Made by a program: the position numbers and the translations under genes
Origin: a virus
Direction: 5' to 3' (one strand)
Length of the DNA: 64,000 nt
Virus record (IMG/VR): IMGVR_UViG_3300035088_000013
Coordinates: 22,303 to 86,302 of that record
Notes under the pieces: model-generated
Databases searched by the model: none
Seen by the model: only the letters and a program-made list of their open reading frames with translations
What the model was told of the DNA's origin: nothing
Part shown: piece by piece, positions 16,239-25,800 of the stretch
Layout of the letters: the number at the start of each line of letters is the position of its first letter
Position numbering within the stretch: position 1 is the first letter of the stretch

Positions 16239-19200
16239 TCAGGAGCGGGTGGCGTACGTGAGGCGGACCAGACCCCCCGCGCCCTTCCCGCCGTCCTGGT
16301 TCGCCGTCGACGAGATACCGCCGCCGCCCCCGCCGCCGTAGGATTGCCCGTCGTGCGCGGTCCCGATGTAGGAGTCGCCGCCGAGACTCCCCGGGCTCAT
16401 GTGCGATGCCCCGCCGCCGCCGTTGAGCAGATAGGTGGCCAGGTTACTGGAGCCGTTGAGGATGGTACGACCGTGCTGGCCGTCTTCCCCGGCGATACCG
16501 AGCCCGCCGGTAGGCAGCGCCGCCACGGCCCCGCCGCCACCGTTGGTGTTGATCTGAACACCCGTGGCCGCCGTCATTCCTTGACCGCCGGTGCCGCCGC
16601 CGCACAAGATGTACCACGGGTCACCCGACGCCCCGAAGTAGGAGTTGCCGCCGGTGCCGCCGGTACCCGCACCCGCACCCGTACCGGCCGCCCCGCCGCC
16701 GCCGGTGAATACGGTGATGCTGGAGCCGACCCGGGACGCGAACACCGACCCGGACAGCCATATCTCCGCGTACGCGCCGCCGCCGCCGCCCGCGCCTTGC
16801 GCGACACCCGACGCCGCCCCGGCGGTGCCGCCGCCGCCGCCACCACCGGCGACGAGCATGATCTTCACCCATTCCAGGTTGGCCGGAACCGGCCACGTGG
16901 TGGAGCCGGGGCCGAGGAAATTCTGGTTGGTGACCGCGAGCGTGCCGGGCGATCCCGCCGCACCCGGGTCGCCTTTGTCGGCCACACGCTTCCACACCGC
17001 GGTGTCCGAGCCGACCGTGGGCGCGGTCCCGGTCGTCGCCGTCGCCGCGGCGAACCCGTAGCCGTTGTAGTTGACGACATCACCCGGGTTATAGGCGGTC
17101 ACCGCGGAGTACGCGCCCCGCGGCACCAGGCCTTGCGTGAGCTGCGTCCACCACGTGTTGTTCCCCGACGCCGGGGGTGCCGTACCCGAGCCGGTACACG
17201 ACGCCGTGTAGGTTTGCACGAACGTGTGCGACCCGGACATGACCGCATCACCCGGGTAGTACGTCGACCCCGACGACCACGCCGCCAGCCGCGGGTTGAT
17301 GCCCCCCGACATGAGCGCGAACGGGGTCGTCGTGACCGTCGTCGGCGCGGTCGTCGTGGAGGTCGCCGCGACGCACACGTAGGTGTGCGACTGGAACGTC
17401 ACCACGTCGTTGACCGCGTACGCGGTGCCGGACACCCACACCCCGCGCCACGTGTATCCGGCACCCCGGGGGATGGTGAACTGCAAGATCGCCGCGCTCG
17501 TAGTGCCGGTGTTCACCACCGTCGCGCTGCTACCGGCCGCGCCGGTGGTGGTGGTGCCGACCGTGACCGTCGCCGCCGTGCCGTTGGTGCCGTTGGTGCC
17601 GGGAGTGCCTTGCGCACCCTGGGGGATGGTGAAGTTCAAGACCGCCGCGCTGGTGGTGCCGACGTTGGTCACCGCGGCGTTGCTTCCGGCCGCGCCGGTC
17701 GCCGTGGTGCCGACCGCGACCGTCGCCGCCGTACCGGGGGAGCCGTTGGTGCCGGGAGTGCCGGGGTCGCCTTTCGCGCCCTGGGGGATGGTGAAGTTCA
17801 AGACCGCCGCGGTGGCGGTGCCGGAGTTCGTCACCGACGCGGAGGATCCGGCTGCTCCGGTGGTGGTCGTCCCGACCGTGACGCTGGCCGCTGTCACCAC
17901 CCAGCCCGTAGCCCCGGTCCCGGACTCTTTGACATACGCGGAGCTGGCGGCCCCCCCGTCGGACCGTAGGTAGATCGACCCGACCGGGGCCGCGACGTTC
18001 CCCTCAGGAGTGCCCGTGCCGCATTGGATTCTCACACCCGAGGGGGCGAACTCATACGACCCGTTCGAGTCGACGTACGAGACCGGTGATGCGTGAGTAA
18101 CCGGGGTATCGCGGCAGAAACCAGCGATCCGGCGATCCGTGCCGGGCGTAAGTGTGGTGCCATTTCCTAGCCACACACCTACCACGGAAGCGGCGTCAGC
18201 CGCATTACCCCGTAGGTACAGCGGGGCGGCCGTGGCCGACGACATGGTTGAGGTGTTAGTCCCAAGAGTGACCGATCCTCCGGACACAAATTGCCACCCG
18301 GTATCCATCCTCAAAATTGAATTAATTGTCTGCGCCCATAAATACAGATTCGCCCGGCGAGTTGTTGTTCCGACGTCATTAATCGGGGTGGTGGTTGAGC
18401 CGTCGACCCACATCCCTTCAATCACCGTATTGGCAACGTTGCTGGACGCCACGCTCACACCGATGGTGTTATGTTCCGAGCGCACGTTAGAGAGTCGGTT
18501 CCAGTTGGCCGTGGCGGGCGCAGTGGCATTTATCTGGAAACCCGTACCACAATTCTCAGCCTGAGACGACGTAATAGAGTTGTCGTTTCCATCTTGGATA
18601 TCCCACCCGGCGATGGAACATACATTTGCGCGACAACCATGCCACGCGTTCGCATTACTGCTATTCCCGCGCAGTCGGTACCCTGTAGGAGTCGATGCAA
18701 CCGTGCAGTTGTACCAGCGGTTGTAGACCGACCCACCCGGGTTGGTGCTGTGCAGATAGAAGCCAACATCAGAGAAGCCCGACACAGCGATGTCCCGGAA
18801 AACACTGGTGGACAGACTGTCACAGTCGAATGCAATGGAGGCCGTACTCGTGGTTACTGTGACGCCCGACAGATTCCAGTCGAATACACGGGTGCCGGGG
18901 GTGGCTGTGGCAAACGCGGTGCCAGTGCCAGCAACACTGATAAGGGTGACGTCTCGCCCCGCGCCGAACATGGTGAAACGCTGCGGGATGGTGATAGCGC
19001 CAGAATTGATCGCCCACACACCGCCCGTCAGGAACACGGGCATTTTCACCGTGTTTGCCTGCGTGATGGCGGCTTGCAATGCCGTGGTGTTGGTCGCGGC
19101 GCTGGCCCCCGGAGATCCGCCGTAGTCGCGGACATCGATGAAGGCCGCGGCTCCTCTCGGAATGGTGAAGTCCAGGACCGCGGCGCTGCTGGTGCCGGAG

Positions 19201-19385
19201 TTGGTCACCGCGGCGTTCGACCCGGCCGCACCGGTGGTGGTGGTGCCGACGGTGACCGTGGCCGCCGTGCCGGGGGTGCCGTTCCCGGACGAGCCCCGGT
19301 CGCCGCCCGGCCCGGGATGCGCCTTGTCGCGCTCGAGGTTGCGGAGCCGGTCGCTGATCGACGCTAAGCGACGCACGGTCGTCAT
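16239..19385 (-). CDS. Tail fibre/spike with a pectate-lyase-like beta-helix, repeats and a Gly-rich C-terminus
   Basis: IDVRDYG...TTALQAAI beta-helix cap; GTGTPEGNVAAPVGSIY; TVGTTTTG repeats; last gene of the tail module. Confidence 0.8.
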   Translation of the reverse strand: MTTVRRLASISDRLRNLERDKAHPGPGGDRGSSGNGTPGTAATVTVGTTTTGAAGSNAAVTNSGTSSAAVLDFTIPRGAAAFIDVRDYGGSPGASAATNTTALQAAITQANTVKMPVFLTGGVWAINSGAITIPQRFTMFGAGRDVTLISVAGTGTAFATATPGTRVFDWNLSGVTVTTSTASIAFDCDSLSTSVFRDIAVSGFSDVGFYLHSTNPGGSVYNRWYNCTVASTPTGYRLRGNSSNANAWHGCRANVCSIAGWDIQDGNDNSITSSQAENCGTGFQINATAPATANWNRLSNVRSEHNTIGVSVASSNVANTVIEGMWVDGSTTTPINDVGTTTRRANLYLWAQTINSILRMDTGWQFVSGGSVTLGTNTSTMSSATAAPLYLRGNAADAASVVGVWLGNGTTLTPGTDRRIAGFCRDTPVTHASPVSYVDSNGSYEFAPSGVRIQCGTGTPEGNVAAPVGSIYLRSDGGAASSAYVKESGTGATGWVVTAASVTVGTTTTGAAGSSASVTNSGTATAAVLNFTIPQGAKGDPGTPGTNGSPGTAATVAVGTTATGAAGSNAAVTNVGTTSAAVLNFTIPQGAQGTPGTNGTNGTAATVTVGTTTTGAAGSSATVVNTGTTSAAILQFTIPRGAGYTWRGVWVSGTAYAVNDVVTFQSHTYVCVAATSTTTAPTTVTTTPFALMSGGINPRLAAWSSGSTYYPGDAVMSGSHTFVQTYTASCTGSGTAPPASGNNTWWTQLTQGLVPRGAYSAVTAYNPGDVVNYNGYGFAAATATTGTAPTVGSDTAVWKRVADKGDPGAAGSPGTLAVTNQNFLGPGSTTWPVPANLEWVKIMLVAGGGGGGGTAGAASGVAQGAGGGGGAYAEIWLSGSVFASRVGSSITVFTGGGGAAGTGAGAGTGGTGGNSYFGASGDPWYILCGGGTGGQGMTAATGVQINTNGGGGAVAALPTGGLGIAGEDGQHGRTILNGSSNLATYLLNGGGGASHMSPGSLGGDSYIGTAHDGQSYGGGGGGGISSTANQDGGKGAGGLVRLTYATRS

Positions 19386-20554
19386 GGGTTGTCCTCGTCG
19401 ACGGGGTTGACGGCGATTTCCGCGGTGTCCGTGCTCACCGACGCCGCGACGTCGGTGATCTTCACTGGAATGTCGATCCCGTTACGGAAGTAGTCGTCCT
19501 GGATGATCAGCCGGGCGGCGTCGCCCGGCCCGAACCTCAGATGCGGGGGCATGTCGGTCCGCACGGTCAACGTCGGCACGATCACGGTGTGCCGGTTGCT
19601 TTGCGCGTCGGACACGGCCTGGACCTGGAGCTGCTGCCATTGGGTGCCTTGGGTGACGGCGTCGTAGGTGTTCTTGGCCTCCAGCAGCGGCCAGCCGAAG
19701 TCGTCGATCATGTCGGGGGAGTCGACGCGGGACATCATGGTGGAGATGTTGTCGCTCTGCCCCAACGCCCAGGTGCGGGTGGCGATGTTGGTGCCGTCGC
19801 TCGGCCACGTGTAGTCGAGCAGATTCGCCCCGTAGGTGAACACCACTTGTCCCGGCGCGAACACCAGCTCGGGGTCGCCGATCCACAGGCATCGCTGCGG
19901 TGCGCCGGTCGTGTCCCAGCCGTTCACCCCGAACAGCAGGTCGGGCCCGTCAGCCAGGTTCGCCAGATCGGCGAGGGCCTTCGCGTAGGAGACCAGCTCG
20001 AAGTTCGGGTACATCACCTGCCGGGTGTGGCCCGGGTGGGTGGGCGCATACAGCTGCAGCCGGATGTCGCCGCCGCGGTAGTTGCCGTAGCTGTCGGCGA
20101 GCAGGTTCTTGACGATGTCGAACTGCCCCATCATGGGGCCGGTGTAGCCGTACTGGAGGGTGCCGTGCGCGGTCGTTCCCGGATCGGCGGCACCGACGCG
20201 CGCGTCGGCCGGGGTGAAGTCGGTGGCACCGTAGTAGCCGAGGATGAACCGGTGGTCGAAGTACGACCACCAGTCGCCCGCCTGGATCTCCACCAGCCCG
20301 GTAGCGGCCGAATACTTGCGGGTCCAGATGATCCCCCCCCACCACGGCACCCCGTCCCGCAGGGCGTATATGACGGTCCGCGCGGGGGTGGTGTACCGGT
20401 AGGGGTCGCCGGGTACGGACCGCACCGGGATCGACCCGGACAGGCTGCCCGTGGTGTTGAGGCGCATGGTGGGCGGTTGCACACTCACCAAAGGCACCTG
20501 GGCGAGGATGTTGTTGGTGCGCAGGTCCGCAAGCAGATACGTCCACGTGGCCAT
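19382..20554 (-). CDS. Minor tail (baseplate hub-like) protein
   Basis: Y.LADL.T...RDGVPWWGGIIW.R pattern typical of actinophage minor tail proteins; synteny. Confidence 0.8.
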   Translation of the reverse strand: MATWTYLLADLRTNNILAQVPLVSVQPPTMRLNTTGSLSGSIPVRSVPGDPYRYTTPARTVIYALRDGVPWWGGIIWTRKYSAATGLVEIQAGDWWSYFDHRFILGYYGATDFTPADARVGAADPGTTAHGTLQYGYTGPMMGQFDIVKNLLADSYGNYRGGDIRLQLYAPTHPGHTRQVMYPNFELVSYAKALADLANLADGPDLLFGVNGWDTTGAPQRCLWIGDPELVFAPGQVVFTYGANLLDYTWPSDGTNIATRTWALGQSDNISTMMSRVDSPDMIDDFGWPLLEAKNTYDAVTQGTQWQQLQVQAVSDAQSNRHTVIVPTLTVRTDMPPHLRFGPGDAARLIIQDDYFRNGIDIPVKITDVAASVSTDTAEIAVNPVDEDNP

Positions 20555-20570
20555 CAGCGATCCCACGCCA

Positions 20571-21830
20571 TCAGAGGTGGAACCGCCCGAAGTCGGGGTT
20601 GGAAAGCGAGTAGATGATGCCCTGCAAACTCGCCCACGCGCTGTTGTTGTCACCCGCGTAGAACCTGATCTGTCCGGCGGTGGCACCGTCGGAGACCGGC
20701 GCGATGGACACATACCCGGTGATGTAGGTGTGCGGCGGCGACGCCGTCACGGGGCTGGCCGCGCACGGAATGTACTGCATCTGCTGGGGCCGGTGCGCCG
20801 CGGTGACCGTCCCCAGGACGGTCCCGCTGGGGACCTTTCCACCGGCAATGTGGTTGTGGAACAGGCCGGTCATCTGCACGATGTCGGGCCCGATCAGCCT
20901 CGTCGCGGCGTTCCAGCTGTCGTCGTCGTAGCCGCTGACATAGGTGGAGAGCGGCTGCCAGTCGTCGACCAGGCCGTTCACCCACGTCAAACGTTTGAGC
21001 GCGCCCGAAGTCCACACCCACAGATCATCCTGGTAGCGGTAGAGCTGCCCTTCGACCTTGTTCGGCACGTTCGCCGCGGCCGTGCCGGTGAGGTTGGTGG
21101 CGAGTTGCATCAGCGCCGTCAGCTGCGTGAGTTGCGCCCCGGTGGTCCAGGTCGTGCTGCCCTGGTACGTCTCCAAAGCTTGCGTCGCCTGGTTGTAGAC
21201 GGTCATGCCCGGCCACGCCCCGACGTTGAGCCGGTCCCGGGCGGCCGTGTCCGGCACCGGCAGCACACCGCCGGATGCGACGGTCCACCGGTCGGTGCCG
21301 CGCATGTCGACCAGGGATGTCTTGGTCAAATCGGTGGTGTTCGCGGTGAGGGTGTAGCGGGCCAACTCCACCCACGGCCCGCCGTCCGGGTCGTCGGGGG
21401 GCTGCGGTGTGGCGGAGGGGGTGCCCACCAGCAGCAGCAGTTGCACGTTGCTGGTGGTGTCGCCGTAGAACTCGTCGGTCTGCTGGACGATGATCCGGTC
21501 GATGCGCGAGTAGGTGCCGTCGGCGGCCTGCACGTTCAACGGCTGGATCAGCTCGGCCTCGTCGCTGGTGATCAAATATGCGCCGCCGTTGATGGAGCGC
21601 CGCACCGGCATCACGTACTGGAACGGGGCGACGCTGAGGGTGCTGCCGTCTTTGACGGTGACCCTGCCGGGGTCGGTGGTGTAGAAGCCGGGCCGGAACC
21701 CGGCCCGGGCCCCCGGCTGATCACGGTAGGTCGCCGGGTCGCGCATGCCGGGGGTGAGCAGTGAGGTCATCGCGATGCGCGCGTCCTCGAGGTCGATGGC
21801 GTCCTGCACGGCCCACGACGAACGAATCAC
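20571..21830 (-). CDS. Minor tail protein
   Basis: SRIDRIIV...GTPSATP.PP...LA pattern; synteny. Confidence 0.75.
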   Translation of the reverse strand: MIRSSWAVQDAIDLEDARIAMTSLLTPGMRDPATYRDQPGARAGFRPGFYTTDPGRVTVKDGSTLSVAPFQYVMPVRRSINGGAYLITSDEAELIQPLNVQAADGTYSRIDRIIVQQTDEFYGDTTSNVQLLLLVGTPSATPQPPDDPDGGPWVELARYTLTANTTDLTKTSLVDMRGTDRWTVASGGVLPVPDTAARDRLNVGAWPGMTVYNQATQALETYQGSTTWTTGAQLTQLTALMQLATNLTGTAAANVPNKVEGQLYRYQDDLWVWTSGALKRLTWVNGLVDDWQPLSTYVSGYDDDSWNAATRLIGPDIVQMTGLFHNHIAGGKVPSGTVLGTVTAAHRPQQMQYIPCAASPVTASPPHTYITGYVSIAPVSDGATAGQIRFYAGDNNSAWASLQGIIYSLSNPDFGRFHL

Positions 21831-21863
21831 CGTGCAGCCCCCCTTTCCGGGTCGGGAAATTTC

Positions 21864-22799
21864 TCAGAGGATCGACGCGGTGCGCCAGTACACGTTGAGC
21901 ACCGCATCCGGGTTGACTCCACCGGAGGTGAACAGCAGCTGCGATTGGCCCGGGGGCAGCGCGAACCAGTCCCGGTCGACGAGTTTGTCGTTGCGGTTCA
22001 CCCATGACGGGTCGGTCAGCGGGTCGGTGCCGGTGATGCCTTCGGCCGGGTACCGGTTGTTGGTGTCGAACATCAGCGAGTGCCCGGCGGGGACGCTGTA
22101 GTCGGCGACGGTGGAGAGCCTCCCCCCGCCGATCAGTTGCACCGCGGGCGCGTCGACCGGCCCGTCGATGATGATCGTGGGCCACACGGCGAGCGGGCCG
22201 TCGTTGACGACGACGGCGACACCGCCGCCGTGGGTCTCCCCGAACTCCAGCGGGAAGTGCAGCGCCGGGTCGGCCGGGTCGTCTTTGAAGTGCAACCCGG
22301 AGGCGGGATCGAGGTACGGCAGCTTCACCGGCGGCACCACCTGCTGCTGGGTGAGGCCGTACCGCAGCGGGTCCGTGGCCAGCCACGACACGGTGACCTG
22401 GTGCAGGCCGTTGGAGAACTCGAACGTCGAGGGCACGGCGGCCTTGTCGACCCGCGCGTACACGAGTTCCGGGCCGACCGTGCCCGCCCACACGACGAGC
22501 GGCTGCTCCCGGGGGTCCTCTATCGGGGCGAACGCGGCCCGTACCGGCTCGAGCACGGCCGGGTCACCGTAGCCGGTGTAGGTGAAGGTGGCTTCGATGC
22601 TGCGGGTGCCGAAGGTTTGCAGCCCCGCGTACGCACCCCACCGGCCTTCCCGGTTGACGTTCGTGGTCACCGAGTCCGGCAAAGTCAGCCACCCGGACAG
22701 CCCGGTCAGCGACCACGGTGTAGCGGGCCAGCCGAACAGCATCCCCGCCCACTCGGCATGCCACTCGCCCGCCACTTTTACGAGGTCGCCAGCCGCCAT
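21864..22799 (-). CDS. Distal tail (Dit-like) protein
   Basis: Follows the tape measure gene; ATDPLRY, N.G...WP.I.I.GP, WFALPPG. Confidence 0.8.
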   Translation of the reverse strand: MAAGDLVKVAGEWHAEWAGMLFGWPATPWSLTGLSGWLTLPDSVTTNVNREGRWGAYAGLQTFGTRSIEATFTYTGYGDPAVLEPVRAAFAPIEDPREQPLVVWAGTVGPELVYARVDKAAVPSTFEFSNGLHQVTVSWLATDPLRYGLTQQQVVPPVKLPYLDPASGLHFKDDPADPALHFPLEFGETHGGGVAVVVNDGPLAVWPTIIIDGPVDAPAVQLIGGGRLSTVADYSVPAGHSLMFDTNNRYPAEGITGTDPLTDPSWVNRNDKLVDRDWFALPPGQSQLLFTSGGVNPDAVLNVYWRTASIL

Positions 22800-22801
22800 G
22801 G

Positions 22802-25800
22802 TTAGCCGAGCCCCCTTGCCAGCCAGTCGAGGTCACGCGCGACCACGGACGGGTCGGCCCCGTGTTCGTGGTAGTTCTCGATGTTCAACCCGCCCCGCGC
22901 ACCCCAACCGGCAGCAGCACGCGCGAGGGTGTGCATGTCGGTCCACTGCTGGTCGGTGAGTACCGCGTCCGGGGTGGCCGACCCGTGATAGACGGGCATC
23001 ACCTGGCCGGGGTAGCGGCGCGTGTCGGGCAGCAGCCCGCCCCGGTCGAACGAGGGGATACCGATGCCGGGCTCCGGCCACCCGAACCTCAGGAACGCCT
23101 TGAGCCGCTCATCGTAGGGGGCGTTGAGGATCGACGGCGACACCTGCCCGCCGGACGCCAGCCCGGGCAAATGCAGGATGTCGTCGTAGTACGACAACCG
23201 GGTGCCCACGTGCCCGATAGCCAAGGGTGTGCCGTTGCCGTGGTAGGCCTCCGCGTGCAACCCGTCGATGTTCGCCGCGGTATGCGACCCCTTCTTCAAA
23301 TAAATGGTGAACCGGCCCGGCCCTTTCTCCATTCCGTAACGCCCGGCACCCATTCCCGCGGTGGTCATGTAACGACGGTAGAGGGAATTGCCGGTGGCCA
23401 GAGCCCAAAGATTTCCAACAAGGCCACTGCAATCGTATCTGTCGGGGCCGACAGCGGACCACAAATACGTTTTGCCGCGCTGCCCGAGCGCCCATTCCTG
23501 CATTGATTTCAGCATCGGATCCGGCGACAGCGTACCGGTCCACGGTTTCGTGTCGCCGGGCTGGGTGTAGGAGCCGGTGATCTTCTTCAGCCACGTCACG
23601 GCCACATCGGTGATGCGTTTCGGGATCCCCGCAAGCAGTTTGAACCATTCGGAGTCCTGGAAGGGGATCTGCGCCATGAGCTTGTCGGCCAAATTGGTGA
23701 GGAACTTTCTCGGGTCCTTCACCGCGTCCAGGGCCGCCCCGGCGAAGTCGGAGACGACCTTCCCGACGGTTTTGGCTTTGTCACCGATCCAGCCGAACAC
23801 GCCGCCGCCGCCCGCATACCCGGGCAGGCCGTCCGCGCCGATCCTCGGCCGCACGTTGACGGCACCTCCGGCGGCGAACCCGGCCAGCTCGGAGAGGCGT
23901 CCGGCGAGGGCCGCGCGGCGCAGCTTGAGCATGTTGTCATGGCCGCCGATCGCGGCGACCTCCGCGGCGGTCCACACGTGCTCGTCGTCGGACAGCCGCG
24001 CGAGGATGCTGTCACTGGTGCCGGTGCCCGGCCCGCGGACCGGGCCGCCGACGGCGAACCCTTTCGGCAGCTTGATCGGGGTGATCTGGAAATCCGGGAC
24101 GTGCAGCGCCGTACCGACGTCGTTGAGGGTGCCGATGATGCCTTTATTGATCACCGTTTCGATGACGAATCGCACCGGCTCTTTCATGATGTCCTGCAAT
24201 TTCGACCAGGCCGTTTTTATCGCCTCTACGCCTTGCCCGAACAATGGGGCGACTTTCGTCTGGATGTACGTCGAAATAATGTCGAAGACGATCTTGACTT
24301 TGTCCCAGATTTCCGAGATCTTGGCGTGCACCGCATCCCACACCGGCGTGATGACGTGATCCCGGAACCACGTGAAAATTGGTCCCAAAACGGTCGACAC
24401 GTACGTTTTTACGGCGTCGAAGATGAACTTGATGAGGCCCCACGCCCATTTGATCACTGTCCAGATGCCCGTGAAAACCGGCTCGATGACGCCGTGCCAC
24501 AACGCCATGAACATCGGCGCGATGATGCCTTCGACCCACAGCCGGATGATCCCGAAGATGATGCGGATGATGCCCCACGCGACGCTGATGGCGAGCTGGA
24601 TGCCCTGCCAGGCGCGCAGGATGATGGTCTGCCAGAACCACAGGAAGATCGGCGCGAGCACGTTGGAGATGAACCACCAGATCGCTTGCAGCACGACCTG
24701 GATGACCGACCAGGCGGCCTGGATCGCGGCCCAGATCCCGGCGAAGGCGGGGACGATGACCGATTGCCACAGCCACACGAAGATCGGTGCGAGGGTGCCG
24801 GTGATGAACCCCCAGATCGCTTGCAGCACCGGCTGGATGACCGCCCACGCGGCCTGGATCGCCGCCCAGATCCCCGCGAACGCGGGGACGATGACGTTCT
24901 GCCACAGCCACACGAACACGGGGGCGAGGACCTGCGACATGAAGGCCCACCAGATCTTGAACAGGATCTGGAGGTAGCCCCAGTAGAGTTTCACCGCGGC
25001 CCAGATGCCCTGGAACGCGGGGATGACGACGTTCTGCCACAGCCACAGCAGGACCGGGACGAGCTTGGTCATGATGAAGTCGCCGACGGCCTTCAACGCG
25101 GGCAGGATGTAGTTCTGCCAGGCCATGACGATGAACCCGGAGATCGCTTTCCAGGTGCGGTCGACGAAGTCGCGGAACGCCTGGTTCTTCTTGTAGAGCA
25201 CCACCAGGCCGACCCCGATGGCCACCACCGCGGCGATGATCAACCCGATCGGGCCGAGCGCGGCGGTGAACGCGGCCCCCATCCCCTCGGCCCCGGCCGC
25301 CGCTGCGCCTTCCGCCGCGACCGCGGCAGTGCCCGCACCTTCCACGCTTGCTGCTGCTGCGCCCGCGGCCGGGGGTACCAAGCCCAGGAACGTGGCGATC
25401 CCTTTGATCGCCCCGCCCACGGTGTTCAGCACCGTGATGACCTTCGCTACCGACGCGAGCCCGGCGATCGCGGCGGCACCACCGATGAGGAACCCGAGGA
25501 TCGTCGTGAGGGTGCCGGTGTCGATACCGGCGATGTAGTCGAACAGCTTGGTGAAGAACCCGAGCGCCCAGTCACCGATCGGGGCGAGCGCGATGATGAG
25601 GTTCTTCACCGCACCGAACATCGATTTGAGCAGCGCACCCACCTTGGGCAGCTCCGCCATCGCGTAGGCGAGGAAGTCCTGGAAGCCTTTGCTCTGGCCG
25701 AGGTTGTCAGCCCAGACGGCGATCTTCTGCAGGATGTCGAGGAAGCCCTTACCGATGGGTCCGGCAACCGGGGCGAACGCCTTCAGCAGCCCGGCGACGG

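Noticed and set aside
24400-25150. Trp-periodic repeats in the tape measure gene as a novel repeat
   Set aside because: Ordinary tape measure periodicity
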